From a virus (lineage: Duplodnaviria > Caudoviricetes): a stretch of 64,000 nucleotides of DNA. A model generated the notes under the pieces. The model was given only the letters and a program-made list of their open reading frames with translations. It searched no databases and was not told the DNA's origin. The stretch's first letter is position 1; every line of letters begins with the position of its first letter. Of this stretch, positions 44,537 to 53,412 are shown piece by piece. The translations under genes were made by a program, and so were the position numbers. The stretch spans positions 19,725-83,724 of the IMG/VR virus record IMGVR_UViG_2974521131_000001. One strand, written 5' to 3'.

Positions 44537-45043
44537 TTGACCGACCACACAGCTATCGACATCGACTTCGATCCGACCGTGCAGCGCATGACTGGTGTTG
44601 CACGACACGGCAATACGTACTTCGACGTGCCGTATGTGTCGCAGATCGAGGGCGACCTGTGGCAGGGCGGCTGCCGCGACGACCTGATCCTGCCGCGCAA
44701 CATCATGAACGTGGTGTCGCTGTACCCGTGGGAGCGGTACGAGATCCAGCATGAGGTCGACACCGAGCTGTACGTCCGCATGTACGACTCGGAGGACCAG
44801 GGCTTCGACCAGATCGAGTCGCTGGCCGAGTACGTGAACGAGCGTCTGGACTTCGGGCCGGTGCTGATCCACTGCCAGGCTGGCCTGAACCGTTCGTCTC
44901 TGCTCGCGGCGAAGGTGCTGCATCAGCGGTACGGCTGGTCGGGTGACCGGATCCTCACCCACCTGAGGATGAAGCGGTCTCCAGCAGTGTTATGCAACCG
45001 TGCATTCCAGCGTGAGGTCCAGTCATGGCCGGGGATGGACTGA
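44537..45043 (+). CDS. PTP/dual-specificity phosphatase family protein
   Basis: HCQAGLNRS (HCX5R) P-loop. Confidence 0.88.
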   Translation: MTDHTAIDIDFDPTVQRMTGVARHGNTYFDVPYVSQIEGDLWQGGCRDDLILPRNIMNVVSLYPWERYEIQHEVDTELYVRMYDSEDQGFDQIESLAEYVNERLDFGPVLIHCQAGLNRSSLLAAKVLHQRYGWSGDRILTHLRMKRSPAVLCNRAFQREVQSWPGMD

Positions 45044-45246
45044 AGCACGGGCCGTCCCGCTACAACAAGGGTTGCCGCTGCGCGGTCTGCACCGAGGGTA
45101 AGACCGCCTCACAGCGCCGCTGGCGGCAGAAGAAGGGGTTGGGTACCGGCAAGGTCGGTACCCCCCGTAAATACGCGGGCGACGGCTCTCTGAAGAAGTA
45201 CGCGATGCCAGTCAGAAAAGGCCTGCCGAGTGATTGGACGTATTAG
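45025..45246 (+). CDS. Small basic Zn-binding protein
   Basis: HG..RY..GCRC..C motif. Confidence 0.6.
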   Translation: MAGDGLKHGPSRYNKGCRCAVCTEGKTASQRRWRQKKGLGTGKVGTPRKYAGDGSLKKYAMPVRKGLPSDWTY

Positions 45247-45453
45247 GTGACCCCACAAGAGTTCTACAGCGCTGTCGAGTGGGAGGGCGGTCTGTGTGAG
45301 GCGGTCTTCAGCTATGGCCTCGGGCCTGACGACTTGGACGACTCGGATCCCGAGCTGAAGGAAGCCATTCGAGCGATGAAGGGCGTCGAGCCGGTGATCG
45401 ACCGGGCCAGGGAGCTGCTCAACAAGCACGATCCCTTCCTGGAGGACGAATGA
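45247..45453 (+). CDS. Hypothetical protein
   Basis: EWEGG..G motif; high GC3. Confidence 0.6.
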   Translation: MTPQEFYSAVEWEGGLCEAVFSYGLGPDDLDDSDPELKEAIRAMKGVEPVIDRARELLNKHDPFLEDE

Positions 45454-45608
45454 CCCTGCGCATCAACGTGTTCGGTGTCGAGATCGTCACTGTGGTCCTG
45501 GACCTCGAGGATCTCGTCGCCACCACGGGGGAGGCCCCGCGTCTGACAGTGGTGGACAAGGGCGTCAAGAAGATGTCCAACCTCTGGGTCTCGAGGATGA
45601 ACAAATAG
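45450..45608 (+). CDS. Hypothetical protein
   Basis: GGAGG RBS; read manually. Confidence 0.55.
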   Translation: MTLRINVFGVEIVTVVLDLEDLVATTGEAPRLTVVDKGVKKMSNLWVSRMNK

Positions 45609-45612
45609 CCCT

Positions 45613-45634
45613 CTGACCTGCGATTACAGGATCG
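45613..45634 (+). repeat. Extended motif CTGACCTGCGATTACAGGATCG (copy 8)
   Basis: Intergenic, before 2OG-like gene. Confidence 0.8.
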
Positions 45635-45649
45635 TGTGAGGGTACTGCC

Positions 45650-46336
45650 ATGAGCTACTACTGGTTCAACAGCAATCCGGTCGAGATGGGTCCGCGCCAG
45701 CCCGTCGTGGACTATCTCGGCCAGATCGAGGCGACCCCGAACTTGCGCCGCGCAAGCCTGTCGAACGCGGTCCTGTTCGGTGGCCCTCTGCTGCGAAAGA
45801 TCTTGGCGTGCGCCCCGATTGTCGGCGACCATGAGCACATCTTCGTGGACACCAAGGTCTCCATGCTGATGCCTGGCTGGTGGCCCGCGATCCCCGGCTG
45901 GCACACCGACGGCGTACCGCGTGTCGATGAGGACGGGGTCAACCCACTGGGTATCGGGAAGCCATCGCTCCCCGAGCAGGTCGACCAGCACCAGGACGGC
46001 TACCGACCCCGGTACCACACCATCCACGTCGGCAACGACTGCCCGACCGAGTTCATCGACGGTCTTCTGCGTCTGCCTATCGATCACGATACGGACGAAG
46101 AGATGTACTCGGAGATGACCCGCAAGATCGACGGCTGCTCGACGCTGCGGAAGCTGAAAGCCCCCGAGGGTCAGTGGATGTCATGGGACTGGTGGAACAT
46201 CCACCAAGCCACCCAGGCCACTCAGCGCGGGTGGCGTCTACTGGTGCGGATCACGGAATCCAACCAGCCCCCAGTGGATTCGGAGTTCATCCGGCCACAG
46301 AACCAGGTCTACGTACCGAAGGAGTTTGGCTGGTGA
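45650..46336 (+). CDS. Putative 2OG-Fe(II) dioxygenase-fold protein
   Basis: HxD (GWHTDG), distal His (NIHQA), R..R (GWRLLVR). Confidence 0.6.
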   Translation: MSYYWFNSNPVEMGPRQPVVDYLGQIEATPNLRRASLSNAVLFGGPLLRKILACAPIVGDHEHIFVDTKVSMLMPGWWPAIPGWHTDGVPRVDEDGVNPLGIGKPSLPEQVDQHQDGYRPRYHTIHVGNDCPTEFIDGLLRLPIDHDTDEEMYSEMTRKIDGCSTLRKLKAPEGQWMSWDWWNIHQATQATQRGWRLLVRITESNQPPVDSEFIRPQNQVYVPKEFGW

Positions 46337-46566
46337 GCAGAGGATCCTACTTGCCGCGTGATGGAGCTGGCTTCGAGCAGAGGCTCAGCGAGGAGTCGGC
46401 CAGCGCGATGGTGATCGACTCCGACGACCTGTATGGACGCCACAGTCTGCAGGTGATCCACGAGGCAGCTGCGGGGGAGCGGGAGATGGCCGTGTACATG
46501 CGGCCCAAGCGGTCCTACTTCATCCGCGTGAGTGCCGCTGGCATTGAAGGGATTTGGCCGCGATGA
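46333..46566 (+). CDS. Hypothetical protein
   Basis: GTGA overlap. Confidence 0.5.
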   Translation: MSRGSYLPRDGAGFEQRLSEESASAMVIDSDDLYGRHSLQVIHEAAAGEREMAVYMRPKRSYFIRVSAAGIEGIWPR

Positions 46567-46850
46567 GCGCCGACACACTGACCATCACATACAAGCTGCC
46601 GCGCCAGATGTCGGCGAACGACTGGCTGTTCAGCTGCCTGCGCGAGGGTGATCACAACGGTGTCCTCGAGTGGGTGATGAACCACAACCTGTCCATCGAG
46701 ACGGTGAAGCTGGGGTACGCCGACAAGGCCCTGAACCACATGTGCCCCACGTGCGAAGCGGATCCCGGCGAACCGTGTTGGTTCCGTCCGGGTTCCGGCA
46801 TCGAGAACGGCAAGGGTTACAAGCATATGACGCGAGGGGCGATGCGATGA
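46563..46850 (+). CDS. Zn-finger hypothetical protein
   Basis: CPTC.A.PGEPC..H..R. Confidence 0.6.
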   Translation: MSADTLTITYKLPRQMSANDWLFSCLREGDHNGVLEWVMNHNLSIETVKLGYADKALNHMCPTCEADPGEPCWFRPGSGIENGKGYKHMTRGAMR

Positions 46851-47332
46851 CCCATCGAGTACTGATCACCGGCAGCCGCGACTGGACCGACCGTCACGCT
46901 GTCGGCCTGGCGCTACAGAGTGAGCTGGAGAAGCACGGCGAGATCCTCATCCTGAACGGGATGTGTGAGCGCGGCGCTGACCTGCATGCCCACGAGTACT
47001 ACCTGATGCATGGCTCGAAGTGGGTGCGGGAGAAGGAATTCCCCGCTGACTGGTCTCGGGATTGCACGAGCAGCTGCTACCACAAGCCGCGCTACAGGAA
47101 CGGTGAGCGCTACTGCCCGCTGGCTGGCCACCTGCGCAATCAGGCGATGGTCGACTTCGGTGCCGACGTGTGTCTGGCGTTCCCGCTGGAGGATTCGCGG
47201 GGCACGTACGACTGCATGAAGCGGGCGAAGAAGGCGAAGATCCCGGTGCGCAACCTCGGGTTCGGCGGTGAGCGCTGTCAGCCCCGCCTCAACTACCACT
47301 CCATGCCGCACAGGGGGTGCATTCTCCGGTGA
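46847..47332 (+). CDS. SLOG-family (YspA/DUF2493-like) protein
   Basis: RVLITGSRDW, GAD..A, FPADW, G.LRNQ.MVD.GAD..LAF, SRGT. Confidence 0.85.
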   Translation: MTHRVLITGSRDWTDRHAVGLALQSELEKHGEILILNGMCERGADLHAHEYYLMHGSKWVREKEFPADWSRDCTSSCYHKPRYRNGERYCPLAGHLRNQAMVDFGADVCLAFPLEDSRGTYDCMKRAKKAKIPVRNLGFGGERCQPRLNYHSMPHRGCILR

Positions 47333-47511
47333 GAGTCCGTTTGGAAGTCGAGACCCACTCGGGTCGCAGGATCGGGGCCTCGGTCCCCATCGCTAACGCT
47401 CTACCCAACTGGCGGATGCCCAAGCAGGACGAGTTCAACGAAGAGCGTGACCGACTGCGCCGCGCCGTCGAGCAGATCTACACCGACATTGAAAGGGAGC
47501 TGTACGGATGA
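47329..47511 (+). CDS. Hypothetical protein
   Basis: GTGA overlap. Confidence 0.5.
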   Translation: MRVRLEVETHSGRRIGASVPIANALPNWRMPKQDEFNEERDRLRRAVEQIYTDIERELYG

Positions 47512-48149
47512 GCAACGTCTGGTTTACGTCCGACTTGCATATCGGCCACAGCAAGATCGCTGGGCTACGGGCCGGTGACCGCGTGTTCCCTGCTGTCGTC
47601 GGAGCTGTCGAGGACTGGCACGACCGCATGCTCGCGAAGGGCTGGGACGAGGTCGTCGGCAAGGACGACGTGGTGTGGGTGCTGGGCGACATCTCATCCG
47701 GCACCAACGACGGCCAACGGAAGGCTCTTGCGTGGCTGAAGGAGCGCCCCGGTCGTAAGCGCCTGGTCCCCGGCAACCATGACGGCGTGCATGGACTCCA
47801 GCGCGACGGCCACAAGTGGGAGCCCGAGTACCGCGAGGTGTTCGAGCGGATCGTGATGGCTGCGAAGCTCCGCATTCCGCTGCCGGAAGGGCACCTGAGC
47901 GCCACGCTGAGCCACTTTCCGTACGACGGTGACCACACGGACCCCGACCGTCACACGACGTGGCGTCTACGGGACGAGGGACTGCCAGCCATCCATGGGC
48001 ACACGCACTCCACTGAGCGGGTGTCTCACTCGCAGCGGGGTTCCCTGCAGGTGCATGTGGGGGTGGATGCGAACTGGTTTGCGCCAGTGCCGATGTCTTA
48101 CGTGACCAACCTGATCGCGACCGTTCACGAGTGGGAGGGCAAGCTGTGA
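47508..48149 (+). CDS. Calcineurin-like metallophosphoesterase
   Basis: FTSDLHIGH, LGD, GNHD, SHFP, HGHTH, HVGVD. Confidence 0.92.
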   Translation: MSNVWFTSDLHIGHSKIAGLRAGDRVFPAVVGAVEDWHDRMLAKGWDEVVGKDDVVWVLGDISSGTNDGQRKALAWLKERPGRKRLVPGNHDGVHGLQRDGHKWEPEYREVFERIVMAAKLRIPLPEGHLSATLSHFPYDGDHTDPDRHTTWRLRDEGLPAIHGHTHSTERVSHSQRGSLQVHVGVDANWFAPVPMSYVTNLIATVHEWEGKL

Positions 48150-48376
48150 CCGAGTTCTACACCGTGATCGGATTCGTCGGCGAGAAGCCAAGTTCCGACA
48201 CCGACGTGAGCACCAACTCGCACCGCAGTGTTCGTTCGTACAAGACTGCTGCAGTTGCCCGTAGAGCTGTTCAGACGGGGGTTAAGGAGCCGGGTGTGGA
48301 CTACTGGATCCTGCGAACGACCATCGATGCGGATCTGAACATCCGGTCGGAGTGGGTCGAAGAAGTGGACTGGTGA
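48146..48376 (+). CDS. Hypothetical protein
   Basis: GGAGG RBS. Confidence 0.55.
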   Translation: MTEFYTVIGFVGEKPSSDTDVSTNSHRSVRSYKTAAVARRAVQTGVKEPGVDYWILRTTIDADLNIRSEWVEEVDW

Positions 48377-48627
48377 GCCGTGAACGGCTGGAGCGCCGTG
48401 TGGGGTGGGCTCTACACGGCATCCGGCAGTCATGGGGCTGGGAGGACAGCGCCCGCCAGGTGATGGAAGCCCTGGACGACCTGTTCCCCGGCGAGATGGA
48501 AGCAGCGGCCAAGATTGCCGACCTGCAAGCGGAGCTGAATTCCATGCAGCACCAATACGAATCGATGAAGCTGCAACTACTGAACCACATAGCGCGGGAT
48601 GAGCGGAGACGAAATGCCGGTAACTGA
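48373..48627 (+). CDS. Coiled-coil hypothetical protein
   Basis: GTGA overlap. Confidence 0.55.
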   Translation: MSRERLERRVGWALHGIRQSWGWEDSARQVMEALDDLFPGEMEAAAKIADLQAELNSMQHQYESMKLQLLNHIARDERRRNAGN

Positions 48628-49159
48628 AGCGCCGTTCGATCACGACGGCAACATGGTGAGCTACCCACTGCAGGACTGGAAGGTGAACGAGTTCGGTCGC
48701 CACGAGCGCTTCACCAAGCCGCTGGTGCATGTCGACCCGTTCTACGCTGAGATGCGGATCGTGGACATCGAGCGCGGTCAGTCGGCGGCACGAATGGTGT
48801 TGCAGGACACCTTCACCGGCAAGAAGTACCCGCTGTTCCTGTCTGACCTCCTGCTGATGCTGCAGGAACCTCAGGACGGGCTCACTGAGTTCCGAGTACG
48901 GGGGACGTGGGCGGTGTCGAAGCGCGGCCAGAACTACGGCATCAAGCGGATCGAGCCGAGCCCCGCGACCGAGTGGAGCACCCACATGCGGTCACTGCTA
49001 GGCAAGCAGGTAAGAGTGGTGTTGGCCGTCGAGGATCCAGTGGCCATCGCGGTGGGCAAGCTGCTCAGCTTCACCGTTGACGGTGAGGTCGTGGTGCAGG
49101 ACGACAGCGGGATCCCGCACTACTGCTGGCCGAACCTCGAAACGGTGGAGATCCAGTGA
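48614..49159 (+). CDS. Two-domain hypothetical protein; C-terminus Sm/LSm-like
   Basis: KRGQNYG N-domain; LLGKQVRVVL..GKLLSF..GEVVVQD C-domain. Confidence 0.55.
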   Translation: MPVTEAPFDHDGNMVSYPLQDWKVNEFGRHERFTKPLVHVDPFYAEMRIVDIERGQSAARMVLQDTFTGKKYPLFLSDLLLMLQEPQDGLTEFRVRGTWAVSKRGQNYGIKRIEPSPATEWSTHMRSLLGKQVRVVLAVEDPVAIAVGKLLSFTVDGEVVVQDDSGIPHYCWPNLETVEIQ

Positions 49160-49359
49160 GCCTCGGTGGGACGGAAGAGGAGTGGGCGGCAGTACGACGC
49201 GAAGTCGCCGCCAGCCCACCCCTCAGTGACCGTCAGGTGAACCGGATCTCAGTCGTTGCTGGGATCATGCCAGTGGATCTTGATGGCGTGACCGAGGGGC
49301 AGTTTGGCCGCAGAGCGACCCGTCTGCCCGACATGCTGGATCACGATCTTGTCGCATAG
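49156..49359 (+). CDS. Candidate recombination directionality factor (phiRv1 Rv1584c-like)
   Basis: VAASPPLSDRQVNRI resembles AAAPPLTDEQRTRL as recalled for Rv1584c; convergent with and overlapping int. Confidence 0.55.
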   Translation: MSLGGTEEEWAAVRREVAASPPLSDRQVNRISVVAGIMPVDLDGVTEGQFGRRATRLPDMLDHDLVA

Positions 49360-50703
49360 CGACTCGATGATCGCACGCTTACGCTCGAGATCCAGTCCCA
49401 GCCAAACCTTTTCAAGATCGTCATGACCGAGCAGCCCGTCGAACACGCGAGATCGTGTAAGGCGGGCTAGCTTGGCATCGATCTCTTCCAGCTTGGCGTT
49501 CACCCGGTCGGTGGCGTCCTTCACCTGAGCCGGTGTGAGGGTGCCGTCGGCCAGGGCCTCACCGAACGATGCCTTGCGAGCGCGTAGAGCTTCAGCCTCA
49601 GCGTGAAGACCCTTGGCCTGCTCCGCGTCGACCTGGGTGCCGACAATCCACTTGCGCTGCTCCAGCTTCGCCACCATGGACATCTCGACATACTTGTCGA
49701 CCTTCTTACGCACACGGGTAACACCGTGCTTGCAGACCTCGTAGCGCTTGCACTTGTAGATGGGCTCACCGTTGGAGTTCTTCCCGGCAGCCATCTTGTT
49801 GCCGCAGGCACCGCAGCGCACGATCCCCGACAGGAGGGTCGACCGTACACGTGGACCCTTCTTGCCGGTGTTCTTCTGGTCGAGCACCGCACAGGCTGCC
49901 TCCCAGGTTTCCCGATCAACGATGGGCTCCCAGGTGCCTTCGCCCACGATCTCGTCCCTGAAGGTCAGCAGGCCCGCATTGCGGGGGCTTCGCAGGATCT
50001 TCCCGACGACCGACCCGACGAACTGGTTGCCACGCGTGGTGCGCAGACCGTCCTCGTTCCACTTCTTCGCGATGGAGTAGAGGGTGCAGCCAGCGAGCAC
50101 GTCGGCGTACGCCTGCCGGATCGCAGCGGCCTCCTCGGGCACGATCTGCGGGTCTCTGGGGTCATGGGTCCAGCCGAACGCGGGAGCGCCCAGGCGACGG
50201 CCACTGTCGGCGATCTGCTCGTAGGCTCGCATCTGTCGCGCCGTCCTTACCTCGCCCTCGTTCTCCGAGACAGCGGCAAGGATCTTCGCTGTCATCCGAC
50301 CGGCGTCGGTGGTGAGATCGATCAGGCCAGTCTGGCAGGTCTCGATGGGGATCCGCTTGCCTGTCTTATTAACACCCTGGATCAGATCGATCAGGGGGAG
50401 TAGATCCTTCATCTTTCGGTACAGCCGGTCGCTGCGCCACGTGATGATGCTGTCGATCCGGCCATCGCGGATGTCCTCGCTCAGCGCATCGAAGCCTTCG
50501 CGCTTGACGTTCTCCTTGGTGGCGCTGCGGTCGTTGTCGATGTACTCGACGGGAACCCAGCCCAGACGCTCAGCCAGCGCCAGGCAGTCTTCGCGCTGGC
50601 GATCGATGCCCAGCTCCTTGTCGGTGGACATGCGCAGGTAGACACCCACCCGCAGGGCCTCCTGCTGCGGGGTGTCGAGGTGTCGCTCGAGGGTCGCTGT
50701 CAT
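49249..50703 (-). CDS. int: Large serine integrase (phiRv1 Rv1586c-like)
   Basis: VYLRMS catalytic Ser, RQREDC, DRL.R, recombinase domain, CGACG..C Zn ribbon, coiled coil. Confidence 0.95.
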   Translation of the reverse strand: MTATLERHLDTPQQEALRVGVYLRMSTDKELGIDRQREDCLALAERLGWVPVEYIDNDRSATKENVKREGFDALSEDIRDGRIDSIITWRSDRLYRKMKDLLPLIDLIQGVNKTGKRIPIETCQTGLIDLTTDAGRMTAKILAAVSENEGEVRTARQMRAYEQIADSGRRLGAPAFGWTHDPRDPQIVPEEAAAIRQAYADVLAGCTLYSIAKKWNEDGLRTTRGNQFVGSVVGKILRSPRNAGLLTFRDEIVGEGTWEPIVDRETWEAACAVLDQKNTGKKGPRVRSTLLSGIVRCGACGNKMAAGKNSNGEPIYKCKRYEVCKHGVTRVRKKVDKYVEMSMVAKLEQRKWIVGTQVDAEQAKGLHAEAEALRARKASFGEALADGTLTPAQVKDATDRVNAKLEEIDAKLARLTRSRVFDGLLGHDDLEKVWLGLDLERKRAIIESLCDKIVIQHVGQTGRSAAKLPLGHAIKIHWHDPSND

Positions 50704-50784
50704 AGGTGCCATCTTACCAGGTTGAACGGTGTTTTTGAAGGGCACCGAAACAACATAGATAGACAAACTAAGTAATTTGAGACA

Positions 50785-50833
50785 AATAAAAAAGGGAGGT
50801 CGAGCGCAGCCCCCTCGACTGCACTCGACCTCC
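50785..50833. terminator. Terminator between early array and int
   Basis: A-run (T-run on - strand) next to GGGAGGTCGAG..CTCGACCTCCC stem. Confidence 0.7.
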
Positions 50834-50841
50834 CGGTCTGG

Positions 50842-51096
50842 TTAGCTCACTTTCCCTAGAACGCGGACCCGGCGAGCATCAGACACGTGCCACACCCCGC
50901 ACCGGCAGCGGTAGGGGGCGATGTTCGTGGACGTGGCTGACTGTGGCCGACGGGCATTGATCCGAGCCGTCGCATAGTTCGCGTCACCCTCGGTCTGGTA
51001 GGGCACCTTGTACGGATCGGGGCAGTTGTCTCGGAAGTGCGCGTAGATCCCGGCAGGCATGTCCACCTTCGGGCACTTCAGCAGTGCGAGCGCCAT
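50842..51096 (-). CDS. Small Cys-containing protein
   Basis: Y.C.CG.WHV motif. Confidence 0.6.
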   Translation of the reverse strand: MALALLKCPKVDMPAGIYAHFRDNCPDPYKVPYQTEGDANYATARINARRPQSATSTNIAPYRCRCGVWHVSDARRVRVLGKVS

Positions 51097-51293
51097 CAGA
51101 TGCCCGACCGTTCCCGAACGCAGACACCGAGAGCTGCGCGCAGCCCACGCATCTGGTCGATGTCGAGGGCAATCGCCTGGTCGTCCTCGTCGTCGTTCTT
51201 CGGCTTGATCCCGAGAACGATGTGAGCACCGGCCTCGTAGATCTCGAGGGTGTCGCCGAATGTGTCGGTCCACGTCCACGCGGGGGCGGTCAT
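51096..51293 (-). CDS. Hypothetical protein
   Basis: GGAGG RBS. Confidence 0.6.
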   Translation of the reverse strand: MTAPAWTWTDTFGDTLEIYEAGAHIVLGIKPKNDDEDDQAIALDIDQMRGLRAALGVCVRERSGI

Positions 51294-51811
51294 GCGCCGA
51301 CCTCCATCGGAACCAGCTTCGGCTTCGTGGCCTTCTTCGGGGCACGCTTCTTCGCCGTGGTGCGGGTAGCCGTCGACCGGCGAGCCCGCGTCCCCATGGT
51401 GAGCGCCAGCAGCGCAACGGTGGAGAACGTCACCGCCAGGTCCACCACGAGCGGCCAGAGCCACGCCACCCACATGCTCATACCTCCCTGAGTGGAGGCG
51501 AGCTGGATGAGCGAGAAGAAGGAAAGCACCAGAGAGGCGAGCGTCAGCACGCCCATGACGGCCAGCGTCACCGTGAAGTACCAGCCGACAATCTGGGTCC
51601 GCACCATCAACGTCATGCCATGCATGGCCAGGCCCGCGAACACGGGCGGCACGATGGCCATCGACGCGGCGATCCAGGGAATCGCGGTGGGGTTGTCGCT
51701 GAACAGAGCGTGAGCCATGTTGCCCACGATGGACACGATGCTGGCCCCGATCAGCCACTTCCAGTAGAAGTCGACTGCTTCCTGCTTGTACTGCGCGAGT
51801 GTTGTTGCCAC
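51290..51811 (-). CDS. DUF2637-like multi-pass membrane protein
   Basis: S..GN..HA; LSF..L..LA..GG..AWLWPLVVD. Confidence 0.7.
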   Translation of the reverse strand: MATTLAQYKQEAVDFYWKWLIGASIVSIVGNMAHALFSDNPTAIPWIAASMAIVPPVFAGLAMHGMTLMVRTQIVGWYFTVTLAVMGVLTLASLVLSFFSLIQLASTQGGMSMWVAWLWPLVVDLAVTFSTVALLALTMGTRARRSTATRTTAKKRAPKKATKPKLVPMEVGA

Positions 51812-51844
51812 TCTGGTGCTTCCCTTCTGTTAGTCGACCTGCCG

Positions 51845-52783
51845 TTACAGGTCGAGCGTCTTGGTGGAGATGCGCGGCAGCTCATCGAGCCAGCGCGGCG
51901 GGGTCTTGGCCCCCTTGGCAATCCGCATGGGTTCGTTGTTGCAGAACTTGTTGAATGCCGTTGTGTAGACGTAGAACTCGCCCATCAGAGCGATGGAAGG
52001 ACCACCGCCAGCGGGACGACTCAGCGGCTGGCCGTTCAGCATCCGCTTGTGCAGTGCCTGCAGAACCGAGATCCGTTCCGGCGACAGCTGAGCCAGCTTC
52101 TCGGGATCCATCAGTGAGCCCTGCGCTGCGCCCATGAAGAACTCGCGCACCGCGTGCGGATCGGCACCGCTGCGAACCATGTGGACAGCCAGCGCCGTGA
52201 CGGGGGAGGGGGAGATACCCCGCAGCCGAGTGCGGTACTGCGCCGGGATGAGCGGGGACTCCGTGGAGACGCGGTGCCCCCAGGTGGCCCACTCGTTCAG
52301 CTCGTCCACGTGGCGCTCGACGTAGTCGGCGATGGTCTCGCGGCCACCACGTGCGACGTGATCGAGGGCGACCGTGTAGACGGCCAGGATGGTTGCCGCA
52401 CCGATGGCGACGTTGTGCTGGGTCATGTGGACGCCACGCATGCGCAGGATGTCGACCACCGAGCGGGGGCGACCCTGATCGATGGTGGAGACCACGTCCT
52501 CATCGAGACCGAACACGACGAGCATCGGCACCGTGGCGTCCGACTCGATGATGGCGTTGAGCCGGTGCTGTCCGTCGAGCAGCGTGCCGTCCTTCGAGAT
52601 GCGGATGGTGTCGCCGTTGAACTGGAACCGGCCCGACTGGATGGCGCTGGCCAGCATCTGCACGTGCTTGGTGTTCAGCGGTCGGTTGTTCCGGTTGCCC
52701 TCCAGCCACGACTGCGCGAGTGCCGGTGACACATCGATGCGGCTGGCGTTCGGCACGGTGGGTGCGTCGAGGATTGCGGTCAT
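51845..52783 (-). CDS. ParB-like (DGQHR) domain protein
   Basis: NNRPL, G.F..NGD.I..LLDGQHRL.AI, TIDQGRPRS. Confidence 0.8.
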   Translation of the reverse strand: MTAILDAPTVPNASRIDVSPALAQSWLEGNRNNRPLNTKHVQMLASAIQSGRFQFNGDTIRISKDGTLLDGQHRLNAIIESDATVPMLVVFGLDEDVVSTIDQGRPRSVVDILRMRGVHMTQHNVAIGAATILAVYTVALDHVARGGRETIADYVERHVDELNEWATWGHRVSTESPLIPAQYRTRLRGISPSPVTALAVHMVRSGADPHAVREFFMGAAQGSLMDPEKLAQLSPERISVLQALHKRMLNGQPLSRPAGGGPSIALMGEFYVYTTAFNKFCNNEPMRIAKGAKTPPRWLDELPRISTKTLDL

Positions 52784-53085
52784 TTGGATCCCTTTTCTTT
52801 CGTGATGTTGACCAGCGTCTTGCTGGTCCGATGAACCGTCTTGACCCGCCACGGGTAGACGGCTACGAACTTCTCGCCCTGGCCATCGAGACGGCCACCG
52901 ACGAAGGTGAGGACAGTCGGCCTGCCCTCATGGAGAGGCTTCTGGGCGTACTGGAACCGGTAGCGGCCCCGCTTACCCTCGAGGCTCACCTCAGTGCCAG
53001 GCACCAGGTGCGAGCGACCGGGAATGTGGAACTCGTAGACCCGGCGCTCGTCCTGCTTGGGCTTGACCCGGCGCTTGGTGTTCAC
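52780..53085 (-). CDS. Hypothetical protein
   Basis: L.PGTEV...G.RGRYRF motif. Confidence 0.65.
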   Translation of the reverse strand: MNTKRRVKPKQDERRVYEFHIPGRSHLVPGTEVSLEGKRGRYRFQYAQKPLHEGRPTVLTFVGGRLDGQGEKFVAVYPWRVKTVHRTSKTLVNITKEKGSK

Positions 53086-53294
53086 GGCTTGATGGTGAGA
53101 GCCGCTGCGAGGGCCTCGGCGAGGTCGCCCCGGTTGATGGCGTCGAGTACCCGCTGGATCGCCTTGAAGTTGTGCAGCAACACCGAGATCTGGTTGTTGG
53201 CTGCAATGTGTGAGTCGAGCAACTGGCTCTCGAACTCGCTCAGCTGGTGTCCGTGCTGCTCCTTGATGTGCTGCAGCTGGGGGGTGCTGATCAC
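53082..53294 (-). CDS. Hypothetical protein
   Basis: Extended RBS variant upstream. Confidence 0.55.
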   Translation of the reverse strand: MISTPQLQHIKEQHGHQLSEFESQLLDSHIAANNQISVLLHNFKAIQRVLDAINRGDLAEALAAALTIKP

Positions 53295-53341
53295 TCTGTC
53301 TGTTTCCCTTCCGTGTCGGTGGTAAAGAAATACTTGCGCCT

Positions 53342-53362
53342 TCCTGTAATCACAGGTCAGAG
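53342..53362 (-). repeat. Extended motif CTGACCTGTGATTACAGGA (copy 9)
   Basis: Reverse complement match. Confidence 0.8.
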
Positions 53363-53365
53363 CAC

Positions 53366-53401
53366 AAAAAAGAGCCCCCCGACCGAAGTCGAGGGGCTCT
53401 C
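53366..53401. terminator. Hairpin with A-run (terminator on - strand)
   Basis: AAAAAAGAGCCCC.CGAC cgaa GTCG.GGGGCTCT. Confidence 0.6.
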
Positions 53402-53412
53402 CCGTGTTGTAT

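Noticed and set aside
47508-48149. Metallophosphoesterase as a Bxb1 gp47-type RDF
   Set aside because: Fold similarity alone is weak, and a better phiRv1-type candidate abuts the integrase.
50704-50800. attP upstream of int
   Set aside because: AT-rich with only a weak inverted repeat (CAAA..TTTG); cannot be placed without junction data.
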